DNA of 64,000 nt, taken from positions 832,001 to 896,000 of the forward strand of contig CBDETK010000013.1 of the NCBI GenBank assembly GCA_965242865.1, in the 5' to 3' direction. The notes under the pieces are model-generated. The model was not told the origin of the DNA and searched no databases. It was given only the letters and a program-made list of their open reading frames with translations. The stretch is from Candidatus Latescibacterota bacterium. Its GTDB lineage: Bacteria > Latescibacterota > UBA2968 > UBA8231. Positions 8,163 to 18,086 of the stretch are shown one piece after another; the stretch's first letter is position 1; the number at the start of each line of letters is the position of its first letter. The translations under genes and the position numbers were made by a program.

Positions 8163-10103
8163 ATGCGGACTGTAAGCATCGGCGCGGTGCGGCTGCGGCG
8201 AGAACAAGCCATCCTCGGGGCGATTTTAAGCGCCGCTCTCGGCGTGCGCCTAGTCTATCTCTATCAAGCGGTTGACACGCCCCTTTTCGACGTCCTCCTG
8301 ATCGACTCCGAGTTCTACGACCGCCGCGCCCGAGCCATTGTCGCGGGCGATTGGCTGGGCGACCAGCCCTTCTTTATGAATCCCCTGTACTCCTATTTTT
8401 TGGCCGCCATTTACGCACTTTTTGAGGCTGAATACTGGTGGGTTGGCTTGGTGCAGGCGGTGCTGGGAACGGGCAGTTGCTATTGGATCTACGCGCTGGG
8501 CCGGAAGCTGTGGCATCCGCAAATTGGCCTGTTGGCCGCTGGCATGGCGGCGATTTACCAGCCTTATGTGTTCTACGACGGGGCTTTGCTGACGGCCGCG
8601 CCGATCACCTTTTTGAATCTCGCCGCGCTGTACTGCTTGGCCCACGCGCAGGGCGCGGCGCGGTGGCTGGGGGTGGCTGGTTTGCTGTTGGGGCTTTCGG
8701 CTACGGCGCGGCCCATGGTCTTGCTGTTTGTCGCCGGGGTCGCCGGCTGGTTTGTCGCGCAGAGGGGGCGGCGCGGTTGGCGGCAGTGGGGCTGGGTCGT
8801 CGCCGGCTGCGGTCTCGTGGTGGGGGCGGTGGCTGGGCGCAACTACCTCGTCGGCGGGGAGTGGCTGCTGACCACGTCCTCAGCCGGCATGAACTTCTAC
8901 GTGGGCAACCATCCCGATGCCAACGGCATCTACGCGCAGGTCGATTTTTTGCCCAGTGCCGAGCCAGACTTGGAACGCGAGGCGTTTGTCCGCGAGGCCG
9001 AGGCGCGCACGGGCCGGGCGTTGACCCCGGCGCAAGCCTCCAGGTTCTGGCTCGGCGCGGGCTTGCGCTTTGTCGCGGAAAATCCCCTCGCATATCTGGC
9101 ACTGCAAGGCCGCAAACTCTACATGTTTTGGAACGGCGTTGAAGCGCAAAACAACCTGAGTCTGTATTTGGCGCGAGACTGGGTGCCCCTGTTGCGCTGG
9201 TGCGTCTTGGGGTGGGGGTTGGTGGCCCCGCTGGCGGTCGCCGGCTGGGCTGCAAGTCGCCGCTCGGGCCTGCTCGACCTGTACTTAGCGAGCTATCTGG
9301 CCGCTTGCCTGCTGTTTTTCACGTCCTCGGAATACCGCCTGCCCGTCGTGCCGGTGCTGCTGCTCTACGCCGCTTGTTGGACGGCCAAGGCCGCGGCTTG
9401 GGCGCTGGGCGGGGCGCGTCGTCGGCTGCTCAAATCGGCTCTGTTGGTGGCCTTAGTCGCGCTGCCGGTCAACTACCAAGACGCCGGGGCCGAGCGGCTG
9501 ACCCGCAAGCGCGTCGATTACTACAATTTCGGCGCGTTGTATCAACGCCGGGGGGATTGGGCGGCGTCCGAGGACATGTTCCGCGCGGCCCTGCGCATTG
9601 ACCCGTCGTTTGCGCCGGCCGCGGCCGGCCTAGCGACCGTGTTGGCGCGCCGAGAAGGCGGCGACCCGGCCATCAGGCGCGGATTAGAGCTATTCGGGGC
9701 GGGGGAGTACGAGGCGGCGATTGCGGCCTTTGGGCGCGCCCGGCCCTCGCCCGGGCTGCACAACAACCTCGGCCTGTGCTATTACCGTCTCGGCCAATGG
9801 AGCGACGCCAGCGCGCATTTCCGCCAAGCCCTCGCCCTCGATGCCGGCTACGCCCGGGCGCATTTCAATCTCGGCTTGGTTCATGCCAAGCAGGGCGCGG
9901 ACCAAGCCGCGGCCGATGCCTTTGCTGCGGCCCTCGCCCTCGCCCCCAATCACGTCCAAGCCCACTACCGGCGCGGGGAAGTGCTGGTGCGGTCGGGGCG
10001 TTTCCGCCAAGCAGAAGCCCACTGGGCGTTTTTGTCCGCGCAAAACCCGGACGACGCGCGCTTGCAGGCGAAAATCGATTCCATGATGCAGGCTAGCCCG
10101 TGA
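8163..10103 (+). CDS. GT-C fold (PMT/ArnT-like) membrane glycosyltransferase with C-terminal TPR repeats
   Basis: IDSEFYD, PLYSYFLA, multiple TM helices, NFYVGN, YRLP, then TPRs (HNNLGLCY, AHFNLGLV). Confidence 0.8.
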   Translation: MRTVSIGAVRLRREQAILGAILSAALGVRLVYLYQAVDTPLFDVLLIDSEFYDRRARAIVAGDWLGDQPFFMNPLYSYFLAAIYALFEAEYWWVGLVQAVLGTGSCYWIYALGRKLWHPQIGLLAAGMAAIYQPYVFYDGALLTAAPITFLNLAALYCLAHAQGAARWLGVAGLLLGLSATARPMVLLFVAGVAGWFVAQRGRRGWRQWGWVVAGCGLVVGAVAGRNYLVGGEWLLTTSSAGMNFYVGNHPDANGIYAQVDFLPSAEPDLEREAFVREAEARTGRALTPAQASRFWLGAGLRFVAENPLAYLALQGRKLYMFWNGVEAQNNLSLYLARDWVPLLRWCVLGWGLVAPLAVAGWAASRRSGLLDLYLASYLAACLLFFTSSEYRLPVVPVLLLYAACWTAKAAAWALGGARRRLLKSALLVALVALPVNYQDAGAERLTRKRVDYYNFGALYQRRGDWAASEDMFRAALRIDPSFAPAAAGLATVLARREGGDPAIRRGLELFGAGEYEAAIAAFGRARPSPGLHNNLGLCYYRLGQWSDASAHFRQALALDAGYARAHFNLGLVHAKQGADQAAADAFAAALALAPNHVQAHYRRGEVLVRSGRFRQAEAHWAFLSAQNPDDARLQAKIDSMMQASP

Positions 10104-12181
10104 AAGCGACCCTCTGCGTGCGCGGTGCCCGGGCCGGCGGTCTGGCCCAGGTCGATATGGACTTGCCCTTGGGCCGGATTATTTGCTTTACCGGCCGCAG
10201 CCACAGCGGTCGCCGCGCCTTGGCCTTAGACATCCTGTACGCCGAGAGCCGCCGGCGCTACGTGCAGGCCCTGTCGCCGGCCGAGCGCGAGGGCGTTGGC
10301 GAAACGGGCCGCGCCGATGTCGATGAGATTTCGGGGTTGCCGCCGACCATTTACTTGGGGGGGCCGCGCCGCGGGCGCACGGTTGGCGACTACTTGCAGC
10401 TAGAGGATGTGTTGGCGCAGATCATGCTCGAAGACGGCCAGCAGCACTGCCTCGAATGCGGCGGTCGCTGCCGCAGCTATGCGGCCGATGAGGTCGAGCG
10501 CGCAGTGGCCTGCGTCCATCCCCAAGCCCGTTGTTTGGTATTGGCTCCTTTGGCCGTACAGAGCGCAGAGATGGGGCAACAGCTCGTGCAGGCCGGGTTT
10601 ACGCGGGTGGCGATTGACGGCCAGATCCAGCGGTTGGCCGGCGATGGGCTGGCGTGGCCGGCCGGCGACCGCGAGGTCCACGTCGTGGTGGACCGCTTGG
10701 TGCCCAACCCAAACGGAAGCGTGCGCTTTTTGGAAGCCGTGCGCACGAGCCGGTCCATTTCCTCGGGGCGGACAGTGGTTTGGATCGATGGAACCCGCGA
10801 GATGATGCACTTGAACCAGTTGCCGACCTGCGACCAGTGCGGCCGCCAGTACGAGCCGCTGGCCGCGGCCGACTTGGGCGCGGCGGTGACCCTGCACGGC
10901 CGCACCATGGCCGAGCTCATGGACGCCCCCTTGGGCCGGTTGCGCGATTGGCTGGCCCAGTACGCCAAAGTAGAGGCTGCGCTCGCCGAGGCCAGCGGCT
11001 TGGGGTTGGGCAACTTACCCTTGAGCCGCCGCCTTGAAGCGCTGGCGACGGGCGAGTGGCAACGCCTGCAACTGGCGGCCTGTCTCAGCAGCGGCCTGAC
11101 CGGCATCCTCTACATTTTTGAGGGCTTGGGCAGCGGGGGGATGCTGGACGCGATCGCGGCGAGTCTCCGGCGCTTGGTCGCGGGCGGCAATACCGCGCTG
11201 GTGTTGGACCACGCGCCCGAACTCGTGGCGGTCGCCGACGAAGTCTGGGCGTTTGCCCAAGGGAACGTGCGGCGGGCGGCGGCTACCGAACTGGAGCGGG
11301 AGCGAGCCGCGCCAAAACGGGTCGCCGCGCAAGCCGCGCTCTCGTTAGCCCTTCGCGGGGATGGTGCGGTCGGGCCGCTGGCCATTGAGCTGCCGCACGG
11401 AAAGTTGACCTGTGTCTGTGGCCCTTCCGGTAGTGGCAAAACCCGCCTGCTACGCGAGGTCTTGCGGCCGCTTTTGCAAGGGCAGCCCGTTCAGTACGCG
11501 GCGGTCGGGGTGCCGAGGAACAGCCGCGTTGTAACGGTGGAGGCCCCCAGCGGCAAGGCCACGGTGTTGGAGGGGTTGGGCCTTTTCGAGCGCGTGGCCG
11601 ACTTGTACGCGGCCGCGCCCGTGGCCGCGGCGCAGGGCTGGTCTCGGGACGCCTTCTTGTTGGACCGGCCAGGGGGGCGTTGTCCGAGCTGCGAAGGCCG
11701 CGGTCAACGCCACTTTGATTTGGGCTTTTTAGACGATATAACGGTCGGGTGCGCCGATTGCGAGGGCCGCCGGTATCGAGACAAAATCTGCGAGGTGACG
11801 TTGCGCGGCGCGAGCATCGCCGATGTGTTGAGCATGACCTTGGAACAGGCGTGCGTCCACTTCGCCCGGCACGACCCAATCTGCAAACGTCTAGCGGCCG
11901 CGGTCGGCTGCGGTCTCGGGTATCGGACGCTGGGGCAGGAGGTGCAGGGGCTGGAGCGGGGGGAATGGCTGCGGCTGCGGTTGGCCTTGGAATCAACGCG
12001 AGCTTCCCAGCGCACTTGGGTGATCCTCGACGACCCGGCCAGCGGCGATCACCCGGAAGACGTGCGGGCGCTGGCCGCAGCCCTGCGGGCGCTGGTCGAT
12101 CGGGGCGTCACGGTCGTCGTCGCCGACCAGCATCCCATGGTGCGGGAAGCGGCGGATTGGGTGGTCAATTTGACGCCCTAA
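10100..12181 (+). CDS. UvrA-like ABC ATPase, shortened and degenerate
   Basis: LYAESRRRYVQALS, DVDEISGLPP, CxxC zinc pairs, GPSGSGKT, GGRCPSCEGRG; first Walker A and both signature motifs decayed. Confidence 0.75.
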   Translation: MKATLCVRGARAGGLAQVDMDLPLGRIICFTGRSHSGRRALALDILYAESRRRYVQALSPAEREGVGETGRADVDEISGLPPTIYLGGPRRGRTVGDYLQLEDVLAQIMLEDGQQHCLECGGRCRSYAADEVERAVACVHPQARCLVLAPLAVQSAEMGQQLVQAGFTRVAIDGQIQRLAGDGLAWPAGDREVHVVVDRLVPNPNGSVRFLEAVRTSRSISSGRTVVWIDGTREMMHLNQLPTCDQCGRQYEPLAAADLGAAVTLHGRTMAELMDAPLGRLRDWLAQYAKVEAALAEASGLGLGNLPLSRRLEALATGEWQRLQLAACLSSGLTGILYIFEGLGSGGMLDAIAASLRRLVAGGNTALVLDHAPELVAVADEVWAFAQGNVRRAAATELERERAAPKRVAAQAALSLALRGDGAVGPLAIELPHGKLTCVCGPSGSGKTRLLREVLRPLLQGQPVQYAAVGVPRNSRVVTVEAPSGKATVLEGLGLFERVADLYAAAPVAAAQGWSRDAFLLDRPGGRCPSCEGRGQRHFDLGFLDDITVGCADCEGRRYRDKICEVTLRGASIADVLSMTLEQACVHFARHDPICKRLAAAVGCGLGYRTLGQEVQGLERGEWLRLRLALESTRASQRTWVILDDPASGDHPEDVRALAAALRALVDRGVTVVVADQHPMVREAADWVVNLTP

Positions 12182-12311
12182 CCGTCGCACCATCGTACCT
12201 TGCTTATCTTGCGGGATGTATGGCTCCTATCTATCTTTCTTTTTCGACTGTAGATGCTCTATAAACGAGGTGAATCATGCGGTATTTAAGCCCCGAGCAA
12301 GGGGCTTTCTA

Positions 12312-12779
12312 ATGCGGGTCGTCCAGAAGTTGCAAGAAGAGGTCATCGGCCATCTGGACTTGGACGGGTACGCGGTGTGCCAGCCGCAGGAGCCCATCGC
12401 CGAAGTCCTCAAGAAAATGCGCCACCAACACGTCAGCGCCGTGCTGGTGGAAGAGGACGGCCGCTTGGTGGGGATCTTTACCGAGCGCGATGCACTCACC
12501 AAGGTGGCGGACCAGCCGGCGACGTGGGCGCGGCCGGTGGCCGAGTTGATGACGCGCGATCCGCACAGCTTGGACGCCCAGCAGCCGATCCGCCGCGCCC
12601 TGCGGCTGATGAACGCGGGCGACTACCGCAACGTGCCGGTTGTCGATGAACAGGGCCGCATCCGGGGCAATTTGCCGCAGCACGAGGTCATCCGCTTTCT
12701 CACCGATCAGTTTCCCGAAGACATCTACAACCTGCCGCCAGACCCCGAGCGCATAGCCCGCACCCGAGAGGGCGCTTGA
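12312..12779 (+). CDS. CBS domain pair protein
   Basis: LVGIFTERD, LMTRDP, YRNVPVVD; start uncertain. Confidence 0.85.
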   Translation: MRVVQKLQEEVIGHLDLDGYAVCQPQEPIAEVLKKMRHQHVSAVLVEEDGRLVGIFTERDALTKVADQPATWARPVAELMTRDPHSLDAQQPIRRALRLMNAGDYRNVPVVDEQGRIRGNLPQHEVIRFLTDQFPEDIYNLPPDPERIARTREGA

Positions 12780-12833
12780 GCATGCGCTGCACAGCGGGGC
12801 TTTTTTCTTTTTCAGGGTAAGGAGGTCGTGGGC

Positions 12834-14708
12834 ATGGCCGAGATCGACGCCGTATTGGCACCTACGGATAAGCGAGAACACTCGCAAGAAGAGCGCCAAT
12901 CGGTAGTCATTGCATTTTCCGGCGATTCGGGCGATGGAATGCAGCTAACCGGCGGGCAGTTTACCAATACTTCGGCCGTAATGGGCAACGATGTGAGCAC
13001 CTTTCCCGACATTCCCGCCGAAATCCGCGCCCCGGCCGGGACCATCCCCGGGCTGAGCGGCTACCAAGTCAATTTTGCCGCCAACGATCTCTACACGGCC
13101 GGCGACTCGCCCCAAGTGCTGGTCGCGATGAACCCGGCCGCGCTCAAAGCCAATTTGTCCGATCTAGAGCCGGGCGGGACCCTCATCGTCAATACCGATC
13201 CGTTCAACCGCAATGGTCTCCGCAAGGCGGGGTACGAAAAAAATCCGCTCGAAGACGGCAGCCTTCGCGGCTACGACGTGCATCCAGTGCCCCTGACGAC
13301 CCTGACCCGCAATGCCCTCGCCGACATCGAGGGCATGAGCAACCAAGCGAAGGACACCTGCAAGAACGCCTTTGTCTTGGGCTTGGTGTTCTGGATGTTC
13401 GACCGCCCGCTCGACTACACGCTCAAGTTTTACCAGACCAAGTTCGCCGGCCGGCCCGAGGTCGTTGAGGCCAATACGCGGGCCTTGAAAGCGGGCTACT
13501 ACTACGGCGAAACGGCCGAGACCTTTCAGACCCAGATCTCGGTGCCGAAGCGGCAGATCATTGAACGAGGCGTGTACAAGCGGATCACCGGCAATGAGGC
13601 GCTGGTCTTGGGGCTCGTCACGGCCGCGCAAAAGGCCGGCAAACCGCTCTTTTACGGCTCCTATCCCATCACGCCGGCCAGCACCATTCTAGAGGGCTTG
13701 GCCGCGCTGAAAAACTTCGACGTGCGGACCTTTCAGGCCGAGGACGAGATCGCGGCTATGGGGTCGGTGATTGGCGCGGCCTTTGCCGGCAGCCTCGCCG
13801 CGACCGCCAGCAGCGGCCCGGGGATCGCCCTCAAGAGCGAGGCGATCAACTTGGCCGTCGTGATGGAGCTGCCGCTGGTGGTTATTGACGTCCAGCGCGG
13901 CGGCCCCAGCACGGGCTTGCCCACCAAGACCGAGCAGGCCGATTTGCTGGAGGTGCTCTACGGGCGCAACGGCGAAAGCCCGATCCCGGTCGTCGCGCCG
14001 GCCACGCCGGGCGAATGCTTTGATCTGGCCATTGAGGCCTTCCGCTTGGCCGTCCGCTACATGACGCCGGTCTTTCTCTTGTCCGACGGGTACGTGGCCA
14101 ACAACTCCGAGCCGTGGAAAATCCCGGACCCAGATTCCATCGCCGCCATTGAGGCCGCGCCGTACGCCGATCCCGCTGGCTACCAACCGTACATGCGCGA
14201 CCCGCAGACCTTGGCCCGGCCTTGGGTCTTGCCGGGGACGCCGGGCATGGAGCACCGGATCGGCGGCTTGGGCAAGCAGGATGGGACCGGCAATGTGTCC
14301 TACGCGCCCGCAGACCACGAGCGCATCGTCCAGGTCCGGGCCGACAAAATCCGCGGCATTGCTCATTCCCTGCCCGAGCTCGAAGTGAGCGGCCCCGAGC
14401 AAGGGGACCTGCTGGTCTTGGGCTGGGGGGGGACGTATGGCGCCATTCGCGCCGCGGTGGAGCACGTACAGGGCGAGGGCCTCGACGTGGCCTATGCGCA
14501 CCTGCGTTACCTGAATCCGTTTCCCCGCAACCTCGGCCAGGTGCTCGGCCGCTACAAGCAAGTGTTGGTGCCCGAGCTCAACTTGGGCCAACTGGCCCTG
14601 TTGGTGCAGGCGCACTTTCCCGTGCGCGTGATCAAGCTGAACAAGGTCCAAGGATGCCCCTTCCAAATTCGGGAAGTGGCCGACAAAATTCGCCGCGTGT
14701 TGCGCTAA
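12834..14708 (+). CDS. korA: 2-oxoacid:ferredoxin oxidoreductase alpha subunit (gamma-alpha fusion)
   Basis: GDSGDGMQLTG, YPITPAS, QAEDEIA, SSGPG, QRGGPSTGLPTK; TAAGGAGG RBS. Confidence 0.93.
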   Translation: MAEIDAVLAPTDKREHSQEERQSVVIAFSGDSGDGMQLTGGQFTNTSAVMGNDVSTFPDIPAEIRAPAGTIPGLSGYQVNFAANDLYTAGDSPQVLVAMNPAALKANLSDLEPGGTLIVNTDPFNRNGLRKAGYEKNPLEDGSLRGYDVHPVPLTTLTRNALADIEGMSNQAKDTCKNAFVLGLVFWMFDRPLDYTLKFYQTKFAGRPEVVEANTRALKAGYYYGETAETFQTQISVPKRQIIERGVYKRITGNEALVLGLVTAAQKAGKPLFYGSYPITPASTILEGLAALKNFDVRTFQAEDEIAAMGSVIGAAFAGSLAATASSGPGIALKSEAINLAVVMELPLVVIDVQRGGPSTGLPTKTEQADLLEVLYGRNGESPIPVVAPATPGECFDLAIEAFRLAVRYMTPVFLLSDGYVANNSEPWKIPDPDSIAAIEAAPYADPAGYQPYMRDPQTLARPWVLPGTPGMEHRIGGLGKQDGTGNVSYAPADHERIVQVRADKIRGIAHSLPELEVSGPEQGDLLVLGWGGTYGAIRAAVEHVQGEGLDVAYAHLRYLNPFPRNLGQVLGRYKQVLVPELNLGQLALLVQAHFPVRVIKLNKVQGCPFQIREVADKIRRVLR

Positions 14709-14723
14709 AGCAGGGAGAGAGAC

Positions 14724-15743
14724 ATGGCCGAAGCCGTTGTAGAAACGGGGTTGAGTCGCAAGGATTTTGTTTCCGACCAAGAGGTTCGCTGGTGCCCTGG
14801 GTGCGGCGACTACGCGATTTTGGCCCAAATGCAAAAGATGCTGCCCGAGGCGGGGATCCCGCGCGAAAACATCGTATTCGTCTCCGGGATCGGCTGCTCT
14901 AGCCGCTTCCCGTACTACATGAATACGTACGGTATTCACTCGATCCACGGGCGCGCCCCCACCATCGCCACGGGCATCAAAACGGCCAACCCGGATTTGA
15001 GCGTCTGGGTCATCACCGGCGATGGCGACGGGCTGTCGATCGGGGGCAATCACCTCCTGCACAGCCTCCGGCGCAATGTCGATCTGAAGATCATTCTGTT
15101 CAACAACCGGATCTACGGGCTTACCAAAGGCCAGTACTCGCCGACCTCGCTGCTGGGCCACCGCACCCGCTCGACCCCCATGGGCTCGATTGACTATCCG
15201 CTCAACCCGATATCCGTGGCGCTGAGTGCCGAAGCGACCTTTGTCGCCCGCACGCAAGACACCAACACCAAGCACCTGAGCTACGTGCTCAAGCGCGCGG
15301 CCGAACACCGCGGCGCGGCCTTTGTCGAGATCTACCAAAACTGCGTCGTGCTCAACCCCACGGCTTGGGAACACACCACGGATTCGGATGTGCGCGACGA
15401 CAACATCGTATTCCTAGAGGAAGGGCAGCCCCTCGTTTTTGGCAAGGATCGGGACCGGGGCATCCGCATGAACGGCACGGAACCCGAGGTCGTCGCCCTC
15501 GGCGCGGTGGCCCCGGACGAGTTGGTCGTGCATCGCGAAGGGCGCGAAAACGCCAGCTATGCTTACATGCTCAGCCGGATGGAATACCCGTTGCTGCCGC
15601 TGCCCTTTGGCGTGCTGCGCGCCCTAGATCGGCCGACCTACACGGAGTTGTTGTTCGACCAAATCGCCGCGACGACCGAGCAGCGGGGCGCCGGCGACCT
15701 CGCGGCGCTGTTCAACGCCGGCGATACTTGGGTCGTCGAATAG
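14724..15743 (+). CDS. korB: 2-oxoacid:ferredoxin oxidoreductase beta subunit
   Basis: WCPGCGD, SGIGCSS, HGRA, TPP motif GDGD...NN, YGLTKGQYSPT. Confidence 0.95.
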   Translation: MAEAVVETGLSRKDFVSDQEVRWCPGCGDYAILAQMQKMLPEAGIPRENIVFVSGIGCSSRFPYYMNTYGIHSIHGRAPTIATGIKTANPDLSVWVITGDGDGLSIGGNHLLHSLRRNVDLKIILFNNRIYGLTKGQYSPTSLLGHRTRSTPMGSIDYPLNPISVALSAEATFVARTQDTNTKHLSYVLKRAAEHRGAAFVEIYQNCVVLNPTAWEHTTDSDVRDDNIVFLEEGQPLVFGKDRDRGIRMNGTEPEVVALGAVAPDELVVHREGRENASYAYMLSRMEYPLLPLPFGVLRALDRPTYTELLFDQIAATTEQRGAGDLAALFNAGDTWVVE

Positions 15744-15754
15744 GAGGAAGTTCG

Positions 15755-16273
15755 TTGATTTGCCCTTTGTGTTCCCACGACAACATCCTTGGAGTTGACC
15801 TCTGCGAGGAGTGCGGGCAGAGCCTGAGCGAAGCGTACCAAAATTGGGGGAGCGAGGAGTTCAAGGAAATTTTTACCGAGCCGCTTTCCGCGCTCAATCC
15901 GCAGGAGATGGTCTGCGTGGTGCCTAGTACTTCGCTGGCCGAGGTCATCGCCCTGCTCAAGGAGCGGCATGTCGGTTGCGTGTTGGTGACCGGCGAAGGC
16001 GGGCAGCTTATCGGCATATTTACCGAGCGCGACCTCCTCTACCGAGTGGCGGGCTTGATCCGCAATCTAGACCAGATCGCGGTGGAGAGCCTGATGACGC
16101 CTCGCCCGACCGCGCTCAGAGCCGATGCGGCCGTGCAGCACGCCCTGCATCTGATGAGCATTCACGGCTTTCGCCACGTGCCGCTGTTAGACGACGACGA
16201 CCGGCCGGTTGGCTTGGTCTCGTTTCGGTACATCGTCCGTTTTATCGAAGAGAATTTTTCCTCCGCAGTCTGA
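15755..16273 (+). CDS. Zinc-ribbon plus CBS domain pair protein
   Basis: TTG after AGGAGG; CPLC..CEECG ribbon; GIFTERD, FRHVPL. Confidence 0.85.
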   Translation: MICPLCSHDNILGVDLCEECGQSLSEAYQNWGSEEFKEIFTEPLSALNPQEMVCVVPSTSLAEVIALLKERHVGCVLVTGEGGQLIGIFTERDLLYRVAGLIRNLDQIAVESLMTPRPTALRADAAVQHALHLMSIHGFRHVPLLDDDDRPVGLVSFRYIVRFIEENFSSAV

Positions 16274-16305
16274 GGGCGCGCTCCTGTTTGAAAGGCGGTT
16301 GTGCA

Positions 16306-16788
16306 ATGTCATTGAGCCGCACGGCGATCCATTCGCTCCTCGCGTTGGTTCTGTTAAGTCCCCTAGGGGGTAGGGCCGAATTGGACTGGGCCACCCTGAA
16401 TAGCACCCGCGAGGTCACCGAAGCCGAGTGGTTGCAGTTGCAGCTATCTGTACTGGGGTTAAAACTGAGCTATCCGGCCTACCGCATTGATCTAACGCTG
16501 ACCGGCGACTCGGCGATTGAATTTACCTTTGTCGCCAGCAGTGGAATGGCCAAGCATCTGACCGAAGACTTGGGCAAGCGCGAGGCCGAAGAAGTGATTT
16601 CCTACCATGCCCAAGGGATCTGCGACCAAGTAGAAACCTTGATCCGCGACCAGTTCCCAGACTTGTGGTCGGGCTTTGACGCCAGCCAAGATGTTCGCGG
16701 CCAGTTTCTCGGCCCGGGCGAGGAGTGGAACGACCCGCCGCGAGAAATCGGCACTTGGTTGGAAAACAAATTCTCTTGGGGGCGCTGA
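16306..16788 (+). CDS. Hypothetical exported protein
   Basis: ATG after GAAAGG; signal-like MSLSRTAIHSLLALVLLSPLGGRA; natural amino-acid composition. Confidence 0.7.
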   Translation: MSLSRTAIHSLLALVLLSPLGGRAELDWATLNSTREVTEAEWLQLQLSVLGLKLSYPAYRIDLTLTGDSAIEFTFVASSGMAKHLTEDLGKREAEEVISYHAQGICDQVETLIRDQFPDLWSGFDASQDVRGQFLGPGEEWNDPPREIGTWLENKFSWGR

Positions 16789-16799
16789 CGACTAGTATC

Positions 16800-17036
16800 T
16801 CATTCCGGGTCGCGGTGTGGCATGGTGCCTTGCGTTGATTCGTCGAGGGAGATGGGCTTGTCGATGACCGGCTCTTCGGTGGTCACGATCCAGCCGCGCA
16901 CTCGCCGGCCGAAAATGCTAATCTCCTTGCGCTGGGCGTTGATGACCTTGGACGAAGCCGTGTGCCGCTCTTTGTTAATACAAAAAAAGGTGTGCCGCCG
17001 CGTCATGCCTTTTTCCTGCCCTTCCACGCGTTCCAT
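16800..17036 (-). CDS. Small hypothetical protein
   Basis: Fills the gap downstream of hemE on the same strand; composition does not look like a shadow ORF. Confidence 0.5.
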   Translation of the reverse strand: MERVEGQEKGMTRRHTFFCINKERHTASSKVINAQRKEISIFGRRVRGWIVTTEEPVIDKPISLDESTQGTMPHRDPE

Positions 17037-17047
17037 CTAGTGGCTGT

Positions 17048-18082
17048 CTAGTGGCTGTCCCCTGACTGGTGGACCACATCCACCAACAATTTGACCTTTT
17101 CACAAGGCGTGTCTGGATAGACGCCGTGCCCCAAGTTGAAGATGTGGGGGCGGCCCCGGGCCTGCGCTAGAATGCGCTGGGCGGCTGCCGCAATGCTCGC
17201 GTCCGAGCCGTAGAGGGCGCAGGGGTCTAGATTGCCCTGCAAGGGCATGGTATCTCCGAACAACCCATAAGCGGTCGCTAAATCGATCCGCCAATCGAGA
17301 CTGAGGACGTGCGCACCGACCTGGCCAAAGCTCGCTAGGTTTTGCGCCCCGGCCAGCGGAAAGTAGATGATCGGCGCATTCAGGGGGGCGAGGCTGCGGC
17401 AAACTCGCTGGACGTAGGGCAGGGCGAATTCGTTGAATTGCGCCGGCGACAGCAAGCCAATGGACGTGTCGAAGAGCTGGACGACTTGGGCACCGGCCTC
17501 GAGCTGGGCGCGCAAGAAGCGGCCGACGAGGCGGCTGAGCAGGTCGAGGAGCCGGTGGGCGAGGGCGGGGTTGTGGTGGATCATGCGGCGAAAAGCCGGA
17601 AAGTCTTTCGCATGGCTTCCTTCCACCAGCCAAGTCGCCAAGGTAAAAGGCCCCCCGGCATACCCGATGAGCGGGACAGCGGGCGGCAGGGCGGTGCGCG
17701 CGAGCCGGGCGGCTTCCAAGACGTAAGCGAGGTCGGCGGCGGGAACGGGGTTGCGGAGGCCGTCGACGTCCGCGGCCGAGCGGACCGGGCGGGCGAACAC
17801 CGGGCCGGGCGCGTAGGTCAGCTCGCAGCCGAGGGCTTCTAGGGGGGTCACGAGGTCGGTAAAGAGGATGGCCGCATCAACCCCGAGCAACTCGACCGGC
17901 ATGAGGGTAATTTCAGCGGCCAGCTCTGGGGTTTTGAAAAGGGTGAGCAGCGAGCCGTGCCGCTGGCGCAACGCTCGGTAGGGCTTGAGGATGCGGCCGG
18001 CTTGGCGCATGATCCAGATGGGAGGCGTTGCCGGCACTTGGCCCCGACAGGCTTGGAGAAAGGGGGCGGACGGAGCGGACAA
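17048..18082 (-). CDS. hemE: Uroporphyrinogen decarboxylase
   Basis: PIWIMRQAGR, DAAILFTD, LQGNLDP, HIFNLGHG; start uncertain. Confidence 0.95.
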   Translation of the reverse strand: MSAPSAPFLQACRGQVPATPPIWIMRQAGRILKPYRALRQRHGSLLTLFKTPELAAEITLMPVELLGVDAAILFTDLVTPLEALGCELTYAPGPVFARPVRSAADVDGLRNPVPAADLAYVLEAARLARTALPPAVPLIGYAGGPFTLATWLVEGSHAKDFPAFRRMIHHNPALAHRLLDLLSRLVGRFLRAQLEAGAQVVQLFDTSIGLLSPAQFNEFALPYVQRVCRSLAPLNAPIIYFPLAGAQNLASFGQVGAHVLSLDWRIDLATAYGLFGDTMPLQGNLDPCALYGSDASIAAAAQRILAQARGRPHIFNLGHGVYPDTPCEKVKLLVDVVHQSGDSH

Positions 18083-18086
18083 AGCG

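Noticed and set aside
13689-15374. 561-aa minus-strand ORF
   Set aside because: Antisense shadow of korA/korB, expected with high-GC codon bias.
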